DNA of 64,000 nucleotides from an uncultured Peptococcaceae bacterium (GCA_964637365.1 CAZWWH010000002.1:11528-75527); one strand, 5' to 3'. Shown: positions 18,159 through 27,833, numbered from the stretch's first letter. The notes: generated from the letters alone by a model not told the origin. Numbers and translations are program-made.

Positions 18159-19790
18159 ATTAACTGCATTGGTAAACACATGCCTCGATAGCCGGTTGGC
18201 AGATGTTGTATAAAAGCTATTGCCGGAGAAAAATCGGTTTGGCGTATCGGTGGTAACAATATCGCCATCAAAAAACATAGAGCAGCTGTCACCATAGCGG
18301 GCACAAAACTCAATGTCATGGGATACCATCACTACAGTGACTCCTTGATTGATAAGCTTTTTCAGAATCTCTGCAAGTTTGATTTTAAAGTAATTATCTA
18401 AGCCTTTGGTAGGTTCATCCAGTAATAGAATTTTGGGTTCCAGAAGGAGGATTTTTGCCAAAGCCGCCCTTTGTTGTTCCCCGCCGCTGATATCATATGG
18501 ATGCATTTGCAATAAATCAGTAATTTCCACCAACTCTGCGACGCGGCGAATTTGTTCTGCTTGTTCTTCCTTGGGAATTTTTTTATCTCTCATCATTTCC
18601 CAAAGATCCAGTTCCACTGTTTTTTTCACAAAAAGCGATTGAGGATCCTGAGGAAGCACAGCCAGGTTGCCTACAAATAATTCCTTGTTGGAATATTTTT
18701 TAATTTCTTTCCCATTGATAAGGACTTTTCCTCGATATGGACGCAAAATGCCGCTCATAATTTTCAAAGTAGTGCTTTTGCCTGTGCCATTGCCGCCAAC
18801 AATGCAAAACAAACTAGCCTTAGGAATATCAACGGAAACACCTTTGACGATATCCTTACCTTCCTTTTCGTAGCGGAACCAAACTTCCTTTAAGCGAATC
18901 ACAGGGTCGCTTTTCTTTAATTCTTGATGGTGGTCAATATTTCGATATTTGATTTCCTGATTCTGAAATAGCTCAGAAATCCAGTTGCGTCCCTCTCTTA
19001 CTGTCAATGGACATTCCAGCAGATTGTCAACAGCCGCATAAATCTGCATAGGGGAGGGCATGGCTACAAACATATCATTATCTTCTTGTTTCAATTTGGT
19101 GCCGACATTTCTTGGCGTGTCGTCCGCAATGACTTTGCCTTTTTCCATCACCACAACTCGGTCAGCATAAGGAACGACGTCTTCCAAACGGTGTTCAATG
19201 ATGATGACTGTAGTGCCCACTTCCTGGTTAATTTTCCGAATAGTTGCAAGAAAATCTGCGGCGGCGATGGGATCCAACTGGGAGGTTGGTTCATCTAGTA
19301 GAAGAACGGACGGCTGCATTGCCATAATGGATGCAAGATTCAGTAGTTGCTTCTGACCACCGGAGAGCTCTGTTACATTTTTCATGAACCATGTTTGGAT
19401 TCCAAAATAGCTTGCCATTTCTGCTACTCTCAGACGAATGGTGTGGTTGTCAGCCCCTAAGCTCTCCAATCCAAAAGCTAATTCATGCCAAACTTTATCG
19501 GTGACTATTTGGTTGTCAGGGTTTTGTAAAACAAAACCGATTTGGGAGGATTGTGCGCGAAAGCTAACATCCTCCAGAGATTTACCATAAAACAAAATTT
19601 CCCCGCTTCTAGTGCCGTGGGGGGCCATCACTGTTTTTAGCTGGCGCATCAGGGTACTTTTGCCGCACCCTGATTTTCCGCAAAGTGCAATAAATTCACC
19701 TTGCTCTACTTTTAAATTGACGTGGTCTAACGCTTTTTTTTCTTGTTCTGGATATGAAAACGTCAGATCTTTGATTTCATAACATGCCAT
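18111..19790 (-). CDS. ECF transporter fused duplicated ATPase (EcfA-EcfA')
   Basis: Two ABC ATPase domains: Walker A GKSGCGKST and GGNGTGKST, signatures LSGGQKQ and ISGGEQQR. RBS GGAGG. Confidence 0.8.
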   Translation of the reverse strand: MACYEIKDLTFSYPEQEKKALDHVNLKVEQGEFIALCGKSGCGKSTLMRQLKTVMAPHGTRSGEILFYGKSLEDVSFRAQSSQIGFVLQNPDNQIVTDKVWHELAFGLESLGADNHTIRLRVAEMASYFGIQTWFMKNVTELSGGQKQLLNLASIMAMQPSVLLLDEPTSQLDPIAAADFLATIRKINQEVGTTVIIIEHRLEDVVPYADRVVVMEKGKVIADDTPRNVGTKLKQEDNDMFVAMPSPMQIYAAVDNLLECPLTVREGRNWISELFQNQEIKYRNIDHHQELKKSDPVIRLKEVWFRYEKEGKDIVKGVSVDIPKASLFCIVGGNGTGKSTTLKIMSGILRPYRGKVLINGKEIKKYSNKELFVGNLAVLPQDPQSLFVKKTVELDLWEMMRDKKIPKEEQAEQIRRVAELVEITDLLQMHPYDISGGEQQRAALAKILLLEPKILLLDEPTKGLDNYFKIKLAEILKKLINQGVTVVMVSHDIEFCARYGDSCSMFFDGDIVTTDTPNRFFSGNSFYTTSANRLSRHVFTNAVNNEDVVELCKQNLQTK

Positions 19791-20653
19791 TTAACATCCT
19801 CCATTATATCAATCACCATGGGGAAAAAACATAGAAAACCGTAGGCAATGTAAACAAATATCGCCAGCGGAGTTGTTTCATTCATGATGAACAATGGGCT
19901 GTACGAGATAAAAATCTTGCCTATTGCCACCATAATAAAGGCGAATAGTGTCGGAATTATAATAGAGGCAATCACAATGTAATCTCTGGTATCGAAACGG
20001 AAAATAGAAAAGCTGGTGCGCCCCGGAAGTCCATAACCTCGGGAACGCATGGAATCCGCTGTTTCAATTCCATTTTCCAATGCCCATGTTGTCATAATTG
20101 ATATGATTTTCATACCGTTTTTGGCCTTTTCAACGAGATTTCCTTCAGTCGCATCCCGACCCATACATTTTTGCCCATTAGAAATTACTTTGATTTGTGC
20201 TTTGAATTTCGGAACAAAACGCAGCACCATGGATAGTACCAAAGAAATTGCGGGAATGACCCGGCCAAAAAGGTAGATAAATTTATCTGATGTCATCACT
20301 GCGTTATAGCAGGAAAACCACATGATAACTGTAACAAACATTGTGGCGGAGGCGAGCCCGTAAATCAATGATTCCAAAGTTAACGGATTACCGCTGGGAA
20401 AATAAGTGAGAATCGTAGCGCCCTGATGATTGAAAAGAGGATTCATGACGGCTGCGAGAATTAAAAGCGGAAGCATTGCGCAGAGATTAAACAGCAGCGC
20501 CTTTTTTCCATTTAGATAAATAGAATAGGTTATAGCAGCCACGAAGGATATTGCGAGAAAAACTGGCTGCATCATAAACATGGTAAATAAAATGACAATA
20601 AGAAAAAATGAAAAATTTATAATTGGATGAAGCGTAGAAAAAGCGTCTTTCAT
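19763..20653 (-). CDS. ECF transporter transmembrane (T) component, CbiQ/EcfT family
   Basis: Polytopic membrane protein with the EcfT signature region ...ADSMRSRGYGLPGRT... RBS GGAGG 8 nt upstream of ATG (MKDAFST...). Overlaps the ecfA start. Confidence 0.7.
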   Translation of the reverse strand: MKDAFSTLHPIINFSFFLIVILFTMFMMQPVFLAISFVAAITYSIYLNGKKALLFNLCAMLPLLILAAVMNPLFNHQGATILTYFPSGNPLTLESLIYGLASATMFVTVIMWFSCYNAVMTSDKFIYLFGRVIPAISLVLSMVLRFVPKFKAQIKVISNGQKCMGRDATEGNLVEKAKNGMKIISIMTTWALENGIETADSMRSRGYGLPGRTSFSIFRFDTRDYIVIASIIIPTLFAFIMVAIGKIFISYSPLFIMNETTPLAIFVYIAYGFLCFFPMVIDIMEDVKWHVMKSKI

Positions 20654-20699
20654 TGGGAAACCTCCAAACAGAATCCTTCCGCAACAAAAAACGCTTGCA

Positions 20700-20882
20700 A
20701 TAAAAAAATCCTGCACCGAGCGCAGGACAATAGGGTACCACTGAAACCTCAGTCACGGAAGGCTTGGTAAATACAGCAAACAAAGTTTTCTGGCTTCCGA
20801 GTTTATGGCTCGTATCACAGTGGCCGGACCGCCGGGGAGTCTAACCCCGTTACCTTATGTCATTGCATTTCGATATTTGCTT
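20700..20882 (-). promoter_or_regulatory. Cobalamin riboswitch with intrinsic terminator controlling the ECF operon
   Basis: Minus-strand core GGTAACGGGGTTAGACTCCCCGGCGGTCCGGCCACTGTGATACG. B12-box-like GAAGCCAGAAAAC. Terminator CCTGCGCTCGGTGCAGG + T7 immediately upstream of the ecfT RBS. Confidence 0.6.
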
Positions 20883-20889
20883 TTTAATA

Positions 20890-20918
20890 ATCATAACAAA
20901 TTTTTTCGCTTTGCACAA
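20890..20918 (-). promoter_or_regulatory. Putative sigma70 promoter with extended -10 (TTGTGC-17-TGtTATGAT)
   Basis: Minus-strand hexamers with 17-nt spacer and a TG extended -10 element. Confidence 0.35.
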
Positions 20919-21135
20919 GCCCTTTTCTTGAAAAACTCTTTTCCTTGCTGTTGCTAAATCTTTATCTCCATGAATCGTGAAAAACTATCATTTTTAGTAA
21001 GGGTTTTTAACGATCATGTAAAACTTGTTTAAATTCTATTTTGATAATTTTCGATTTGCTTTTTGTGGAAAATTTTGATATTCTATAAAAATAGATTTGC
21101 TTTTCTGCAATACAACTCATGAGGGAGGCCAAAGT

Positions 21136-22623
21136 ATGAATATTTTTAATGAGTTTTTTAATAATAATACCTTATATTTTGATGCCTTTGATAAATTGGT
21201 GGAAGCTGTCTATGTCTGCGATACAAAAGGAAATCTAGTTTACTTTAATAAAACTGCGGAAAAATTAGACCGCTATCTTCTCAAAGATGTTAAAGGTAGG
21301 TCTACTTTTGAGCTTTATGGACTCGATGAAAGCAGCAGTCCTATGCTAAAAGCATTAACTACGGAGCGCCCGATTTATAACGAGGAATTTAAGTATTATG
21401 TGAACGGTAAGGAAAATGTTCAGTTATGTAATGCCGGTCCGATTTATAACGAGGGAAAGCTGGCCGGTGCATATACTGTTCAGTGCGACTTGACTCCCAT
21501 TAAAGATTTTGTGGAAAAGAACATTGCCCTCCAACGGGAAATCATTCATCAGAAGAGCCTTATTACAGCCAATTATCCGGAGAAAGACATTTTCTCCGGT
21601 CTCATAGGGAGCAGCGAGGCCTTTGCCAGATGTAAGGAGTTGGCGCGTCGTGTGTCAAAAACCGATTCTTCTGTGATGCTGGTGGGCAGCACCGGCAGTG
21701 GGAAAGAAGTGTTTGCCCGTGCCATCCATGACTACAGCAACCGCAGGAAAGGACCGTTTCTTGCCTTAAACTGTGCCGCCATCCCAGAAAGTCTCATTGA
21801 AGGAATATTGTTTGGCACCACCAAAGGCGTTTATACCGGTGCTATGGAGAAGGAAGGTCTCCTGGCCCAAGCCGATGGAGGCACGATATTCCTGGATGAA
21901 ATCAACTCCATGCCTTTGGCGTCCCAAGCGAAGCTTTTGCGAGTGTTAGAGGAGAAGAAAATCATGAAGCTAGGCAGCGATAAGGAAAAGGAAATCAATG
22001 TCAAAATCATCAGCAGCACCAATGAGTTTCCCCGGGAAGCCATAAAAAACGGTCATATGCGTGAAGACCTGTTTTATCGTTTATCTGTGGTGCAGATAGT
22101 GATCCCGTCGCTGAGAGAGCGGAAGGATGATATACCGCAGCTGGTTCAACATTTCATAGATAAATACAACAGCCGTTTTCAAAAGAATATATTGGGAGTA
22201 GACGGTGAGGTAATGGAGTATTTTATGAAATTTCCCTGGCCCGGCAATGTACGGCAGTTGAAAGCCTGTGTAGAGTCGGCGATGAACTTTGCGAAGGATG
22301 GTGCCTGGATTACCTTTTCCGATTTGCCTCAGTATGTGTTTGAAAGCTCTGATATGCCAGAGGACCGCTACCGTCAATGGCAGCAAATACGGCATCAGAA
22401 GCCGCCAATTCCAACGCCCACAGCCATTGTGGAGACGAAGACACCGGAGAAAAAACAGGAATTGTCGGAAATGAATCTCATGGATTCCATTTGGATGGAG
22501 GAAAGGGATGAAATTATTCAGGCCTTGCGACAATCAAAAGGTAATATTACCAGGGCGGCAAAGGCATTGGGAATGAGCCGCCAATCATTGTCATATCGTT
22601 TGAAAAAATACCGTCTAAAATAA
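21136..22623 (+). CDS. Sigma54-dependent transcriptional activator (PAS sensor + AAA+ sigma54-interaction + Fis-type HTH)
   Basis: Walker A GSTGSGKE. GAFTGA-like motif GTTKGVYTGA. Arginine-finger region. C-terminal HTH. N-terminal PAS-like domain. RBS GAGGGAGG. Confidence 0.75.
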   Translation: MNIFNEFFNNNTLYFDAFDKLVEAVYVCDTKGNLVYFNKTAEKLDRYLLKDVKGRSTFELYGLDESSSPMLKALTTERPIYNEEFKYYVNGKENVQLCNAGPIYNEGKLAGAYTVQCDLTPIKDFVEKNIALQREIIHQKSLITANYPEKDIFSGLIGSSEAFARCKELARRVSKTDSSVMLVGSTGSGKEVFARAIHDYSNRRKGPFLALNCAAIPESLIEGILFGTTKGVYTGAMEKEGLLAQADGGTIFLDEINSMPLASQAKLLRVLEEKKIMKLGSDKEKEINVKIISSTNEFPREAIKNGHMREDLFYRLSVVQIVIPSLRERKDDIPQLVQHFIDKYNSRFQKNILGVDGEVMEYFMKFPWPGNVRQLKACVESAMNFAKDGAWITFSDLPQYVFESSDMPEDRYRQWQQIRHQKPPIPTPTAIVETKTPEKKQELSEMNLMDSIWMEERDEIIQALRQSKGNITRAAKALGMSRQSLSYRLKKYRLK

Positions 22624-22681
22624 TATTGAATCAAGTAATCGTTGTAATAGGGTTGATTATTTTTTCCAAAAGTAAATAATC

Positions 22682-22740
22682 GTATAAAACCGCAAAAAAT
22701 CGAAGCTGTTGTTGTAAGTCGATTTTTTGCGGTTTTATTT
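22682..22740. terminator. Long bidirectional terminator hairpin
   Basis: AAAACCGCAAAAAATCGA...TCGATTTTTTGCGGTTTTA: ~18-bp inverted repeat with T-tract. Confidence 0.6.
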
Positions 22741-22870
22741 AATATTATTCATTAATTGTCGCACAAGATTTTTGAGCCTAATCTTAAAAATTGTTACATA
22801 CGACTTTCTATGTGAAATAATGCCAGCATAAATGCTTCTTCCTAAATTTTTTATAAAAACTTTCTTTCTT

Positions 22871-22886
22871 TGGCACGGTATTTGCA
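22871..22886 (+). promoter_or_regulatory. Sigma54 (-24/-12) promoter TGGCACggtatTTGCA
   Basis: Perfect match to the TGGCAC-N5-TTGCA consensus, ~100 nt upstream of the MttB-family gene and downstream of the sigma54 activator gene. Confidence 0.65.
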
Positions 22887-22989
22887 GTTATAGAATAACA
22901 AAACAAGATAAAATCGATTTTATTAAGAATTACACATCAGAAACTACACAACAGAGAAAAATTGATGAATGATTTAGGAGGAAATGATT

Positions 22990-24399
22990 ATGGTGCCCAG
23001 ATATCAGCTTTTAACCCAGGAAGACATTGTTAAAATTCACGAAACTTCGATGAGAATTATGGAAAACGTAGGGATCGTTTTCAGCTATGAACCTGCCAGA
23101 GAAATGTTGAAAAAGCATGGCGCAAAAGAAGAAGGACATACCATGTTCTTCCCCCGCAGCATGGTTGAAGAAAAATTGAAAACTGTACCTTCCGCCTTTA
23201 CCCTTCATGGCAGAAATCCTGAAAAAACCATCGAAATTAATACAGTAGACACTTGCTATGCAGGACCTTATGGTTCTCCCTTTGTCACAGATATTGATAA
23301 CGGTCGCCGTTACGGTACTTTGGACGATTTTATCAGAATTGCTAAATTGCAAAATGACCTCTCCAATGTCGATATCATCAGCCATATCGGTTGTGAAGCC
23401 AACGATGTTGATGCCGATATTCGTCACAATGTGATGACCTATTGGAACTTAAAATTGAGCGACAAACCCCTTATGGGCAGCGTCCTTGGTTATGAAGCTG
23501 CAAAACAGTCCATTGAAATGGCAGGGATTGCCAATGGTGGTCTTGATGTTTTGAAAGAAAAAACCGTTATTGCTTCCATTCCCTGCACCTTGACTCCCTT
23601 GAGTTATGATGACAAGATGGCTGGGGCTATCATGGCATATGCTGAATACAATCAGGCTCAGTTGATTAATTCTCTCTCCATTTCCGGTGCAACCACTCCT
23701 GCAACCCTTGCCGGTCTCGTAGCTTTGCAGAATGCTGAAGTTCTTGCCGGTATCGTATTGGCACAGTGTGTAAATCCCGGTTGCCCCATTGTTTATTCTG
23801 CTTCCGGCTCTAATGCCGAAATGAGCACTGGCGCATTGTCCATCGGTTCCCCAGAAGATGCCATTGTTTCTTTAATGAATGGTCAGTTGGCTAAATTCTA
23901 TAATATTCCCTGCCGTATTAGTGGTACTCTCTCCGACTCCAAAGCCTGCGATGCCCAAGCCGGTTTTGAATCCGCTATCACCGGTTTGATGGCTCAGTTG
24001 GCTGGTGGTAACTTCATCCTCCATTCCATGGGGATCATTGAAGCGTATAACTGCACCTCTTATGAAAAAATGATTATTGACAATGAATTGCTTGGCTATT
24101 TTAAACACATTGGCAGAGGTGTAGAGGTTAACGACGAAACCTTGGCTTATGACGTGATTGCTGAAGTTGGTCCTCAGGGCGAATTCCTCTCCAATCCTCA
24201 TACCTTCATGCATTTCCGCAAAGAGTTCTATCGTCCTACCATTACCGACAGACTCAACTATGACCAGTGGAATGCCAATGGCGCTCTTACCATTGAACAG
24301 AGAGCCAACGCTAAATGGAAACAGATGCTGGAAGAATATGTTGAACCTACGCTTCCTGCTGATGTTGATGCTGAATTGAAAAAATACATTGAAAAATAA
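22990..24399 (+). CDS. MttB-superfamily (trimethylamine-type) corrinoid-dependent methyltransferase, non-pyrrolysine member (quaternary amine such as glycine betaine, proline betaine or carnitine)
   Basis: N-terminal region QLLTQEDIVKIHETSMRIMENVGIVF...FPRSMVEEKLKTVPS typical of COG5598/MttB-family TIM-barrel methyltransferases. No in-frame stop, so no Pyl codon. RBS AGGAGG. Confidence 0.7.
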   Translation: MVPRYQLLTQEDIVKIHETSMRIMENVGIVFSYEPAREMLKKHGAKEEGHTMFFPRSMVEEKLKTVPSAFTLHGRNPEKTIEINTVDTCYAGPYGSPFVTDIDNGRRYGTLDDFIRIAKLQNDLSNVDIISHIGCEANDVDADIRHNVMTYWNLKLSDKPLMGSVLGYEAAKQSIEMAGIANGGLDVLKEKTVIASIPCTLTPLSYDDKMAGAIMAYAEYNQAQLINSLSISGATTPATLAGLVALQNAEVLAGIVLAQCVNPGCPIVYSASGSNAEMSTGALSIGSPEDAIVSLMNGQLAKFYNIPCRISGTLSDSKACDAQAGFESAITGLMAQLAGGNFILHSMGIIEAYNCTSYEKMIIDNELLGYFKHIGRGVEVNDETLAYDVIAEVGPQGEFLSNPHTFMHFRKEFYRPTITDRLNYDQWNANGALTIEQRANAKWKQMLEEYVEPTLPADVDAELKKYIEK

Positions 24400-24511
24400 T
24401 CTTAGTTCAATATATGAAGTAAATAGGGAGGGGAATTATCTCCTCCCTAACTTTTCTCAATGAAGAAATATGTAATTAAAGTATGGGGTATACTTTGGAA
24501 AGGATTATAAA

Positions 24512-25777
24512 ATGAAAAATTTCGGTTTTAGAAAATTGATGATTTTCATCATTTTAAGTGCCACTGTGGCCATTGCCTATCAATTACCTTATCTTCGGTA
24601 CACCTTTTACGATCAAATGATGGCCGCCCTGAATCTCAATGATGTACAAATGGGTGTTTTAGCCTCTGCAGTCAGCATTGCTAGTACAATCAGTTATCCT
24701 ATCGGTGGTTTTCTTGCTAACCGTTTTTCCATGCGATCTCTGATTAATCTTACCTTGGCAGCGTTCGTTGTACTTACTGTCTGTTTCGCTTTTACTACAA
24801 ACTATGTATTCCTGATTGGGATCCATGTACTTTATGGCTTTTTTGGTATCGCTACTTTGTGGTCTGCTTACCTCGTTGGGATCCGTAACCTAGGTGATGA
24901 AAGCGTGCAGAGTAAGCTCTTTGGTTTCAGTGAAGCGACTCGTGGGATCCTTCAGACCTTGCTTGGCTTTGCTTTCCTCGGCATCATGGGGGCAGCAGCA
25001 GCTCCAGCTATGGGCTTTAAAACCATGCTGATTGTCGGTGCTGTCGTTACCGGTGTCTTCCTGGTGCTCGGCTTTATCTTCCTCCCCAAAAAGGAACAAG
25101 ATGACAACATGGAAGCTCAGACGGAATCAGAGAAAAAATATACCATCGTAGATGTATTGAAGAACCCTGGTGTTTGGATTACGATTATCATTTTGACTTG
25201 TGGCTATGCTTGCTGGTCTTTCGGGAATGGTTATTTAACAACCTATACTGTGCGTGTCGCAGGTCTTTCCGAAACTACTGCTTCTTTTTTAGGCATGATT
25301 CGCAGCTATGTTATCGTGTTTATCGCCGGTTTCCTTGGCGGATGGGTACTTGATAAGTTTACCTATAAAGGGAAGGCTTTCCTCATCCTCTTTATTTTGA
25401 GCGCTGGTTGTTTTGCAGCTGTGATGTTTAGCAGTAAAGCTTTGGCTGTTTGCGTAGGTCTCACTCTCTTTGTGGCTTTTATTGCCAACATCATGAAGTC
25501 CACCTATTGGAGCATTATGGGACAAGCCGGCATTCCTTCCGGAATGACTGCTTTGGCTACCGGTTTTATTTCCTTAATTATTTTCCTTCCTGATGCGATT
25601 TTGCCTACATTCATTGGTACCTGGCTCAATAACGCGGAAGCGGCCGGTAATATTGCCGCCGGATTTGACCGGATCTTTATCATGCTGATTATATTTGCCG
25701 TTATCGGTATCCTTGGCAGCATTCTTCTGACTAGAAGAACAAAAAAAATTGACTCCAAAGGACAAATGGAGAAATAA
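24512..25777 (+). CDS. MFS transporter
   Basis: 12-TM major facilitator architecture, 421 aa. Confidence 0.6.
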   Translation: MKNFGFRKLMIFIILSATVAIAYQLPYLRYTFYDQMMAALNLNDVQMGVLASAVSIASTISYPIGGFLANRFSMRSLINLTLAAFVVLTVCFAFTTNYVFLIGIHVLYGFFGIATLWSAYLVGIRNLGDESVQSKLFGFSEATRGILQTLLGFAFLGIMGAAAAPAMGFKTMLIVGAVVTGVFLVLGFIFLPKKEQDDNMEAQTESEKKYTIVDVLKNPGVWITIIILTCGYACWSFGNGYLTTYTVRVAGLSETTASFLGMIRSYVIVFIAGFLGGWVLDKFTYKGKAFLILFILSAGCFAAVMFSSKALAVCVGLTLFVAFIANIMKSTYWSIMGQAGIPSGMTALATGFISLIIFLPDAILPTFIGTWLNNAEAAGNIAAGFDRIFIMLIIFAVIGILGSILLTRRTKKIDSKGQMEK

Positions 25778-26023
25778 TTGCTCTTTATCACGGTGATAAA
25801 ATACGGGCATATTTTTGTTAAATAAGCAAAGCTACCATAATCGATTCAGCACAACAAAGAATGCCTGAAACGTGTTGTGCTGTTCGATGAATGGTAGCTT
25901 TCTATTTTTCGGAACGTAGAGACAAAGGCGTAATGCTAATCCTAGATGTTGAATTATACTGCGCCCCTGTCTGTATGGTCTTCTCAGTTAAAACAAAAAT
26001 CATTTCAAAAGGAGCTGTTAAAT

Positions 26024-27532
26024 ATGAAAATATTGGGTAAAATTGATAAAACCATCTTTGGCACTTCTGTATTGATTTACGCTTTGATTTTTTTATTTAT
26101 TCTAATTTCCCCTAAAATGGCTGAGGCTGTCGTCAACTCTGTTATGGATTTTACATTATCTGCCGTTGGTTGGGTATATATTTTGGCTTATGCCTTCATC
26201 ACAGTTTCATTTCTTATTATTGGACTGAGCAAATACGGCAAATTGAAACTGGGAAAGCAGGAATCCAAACCCGAATATTCCTTTTTTAGTTGGATGGGAA
26301 TGCTTTTCGGCGCTGGGCTCGGGGTAGGACTTGTTTATTACGGAGTAACCGAACCAGTATCGCATTTTATGACAGCACCTTTTGCGGAAAGCGGTACAGC
26401 GGAAGCTGCCGCTGACGCTATGCGCACCACATTTTTTCATTGGAGCTTTCTGCCTTGGGCCAGTTATGGTATTGTAGGACTTTGTATCGGTTACTTCTCT
26501 CACCGCAAAGGATTACCGGGGCTTGTATCCTCTGCATTCCAACCAATGTTAGGGGAGAAAATCAGCAAAACGCCAGGGAAAATTATTGACGCTTTTTCCT
26601 TGATCGCTGTGATTTGTGGCGTTTCCATGTCCGTGGGCTTCGCAGCGACACAGTTAGCCAGCGGCCTCAGTATGCAGTATGGTCTGCCCAATAATTTTGT
26701 AACTGTGGCGATTATTGTTCTTACCATCGGTGTTTTGGCGACGGTATCCGCTATGAGTGGCGTTGCCAAAGGAGTCAAACTAATCAGTGATTCCAATATG
26801 TACATTGTGCTATTTTTTTTGGCTTTTACATTTATATTTGGTTCTACTGTTTTCCTGATTAATACCTTTTTTCAAAGCATGGGGAATATGGTTTTTAATT
26901 TACCGTGGCTCTTATTTTTTGCAGATAGCTTCGAAACCATATCCTCTCAAACAGGATTTGATTGGGTAGAAAGTTGGACAATTTTTTATTGGGCCTGGTG
27001 GGTGGCTTTTGCTCCTTTTGTAGGAGGCTTTCTTGCCCAAATTTCTAAAGGCCGCACCATCCGAGAATTCGTGTTTGCATGTCTTTTTGTACCCGGCGTG
27101 CTTTGCTGTATTTGGTTCACATTTTTTGGTGGTGAAGCCATCCATATGACACTCTTTGAAGGCTCCCAGGTTTGTGCTGCGGCTGCAGCGGATCTTAATA
27201 ATTCCCTTTTCGTATTTCTAAAGGAATTGCCAGTTTCTGGGTTTACCATTCCTTTGGCAATCCTTTTAATCATTACATTAATTGTAACTTCGGTGAATTC
27301 TGCCACTTGTGTTGCCGGCACTTTCAGTTCTGGTGGCGATTTTACACCATCTCTGGGACTCCGTGCCTTTTGGGGCGTCTTCATTGCCTTGAATTCCATT
27401 CTCTTTTTCTCCATCGGAGGCTTGGATACCTTGAAAAATACAGCCATTGTTTTCGCCTTCCCTTTTATTTTGATTATGGTTTTCATGGTGCTGAATCTTT
27501 TCAAAGACCTCAAAAACTGTGATGACGTCTGA
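26024..27532 (+). CDS. BCCT family (betaine/carnitine/choline) transporter
   Basis: BCCT-type polytopic protein with Trp-rich TM segments. RBS AAAGGAG before the ATG at 26024. Confidence 0.65.
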   Translation: MKILGKIDKTIFGTSVLIYALIFLFILISPKMAEAVVNSVMDFTLSAVGWVYILAYAFITVSFLIIGLSKYGKLKLGKQESKPEYSFFSWMGMLFGAGLGVGLVYYGVTEPVSHFMTAPFAESGTAEAAADAMRTTFFHWSFLPWASYGIVGLCIGYFSHRKGLPGLVSSAFQPMLGEKISKTPGKIIDAFSLIAVICGVSMSVGFAATQLASGLSMQYGLPNNFVTVAIIVLTIGVLATVSAMSGVAKGVKLISDSNMYIVLFFLAFTFIFGSTVFLINTFFQSMGNMVFNLPWLLFFADSFETISSQTGFDWVESWTIFYWAWWVAFAPFVGGFLAQISKGRTIREFVFACLFVPGVLCCIWFTFFGGEAIHMTLFEGSQVCAAAAADLNNSLFVFLKELPVSGFTIPLAILLIITLIVTSVNSATCVAGTFSSGGDFTPSLGLRAFWGVFIALNSILFFSIGGLDTLKNTAIVFAFPFILIMVFMVLNLFKDLKNCDDV

Positions 27533-27833
27533 TCTGATCTTGGAAATGACAAGGTGTCCGTAACCCGTAAAATAAACGATTGCAAAACTTCTCACATAAA
27601 AAAGAAGGTCTTTTCTTGTAGAAAAAACCTTCTTTTTTATGTGATACTCTATAATTGTTTGTTATTTTTTTAGAAAACATAGAAAAGAGCCTTGTTTAAT
27701 CGTGGGAAAAAGGGTAAAATAAAAAATAAATATATTGTCAGATTCGCTGGCACGAGGCTATGGCTTGATAGAAAAAGCCCTGTAGTCTATTTGGAAATGT
27801 CAGGATACTGACTGATGGTAAGGTGAATAGATT

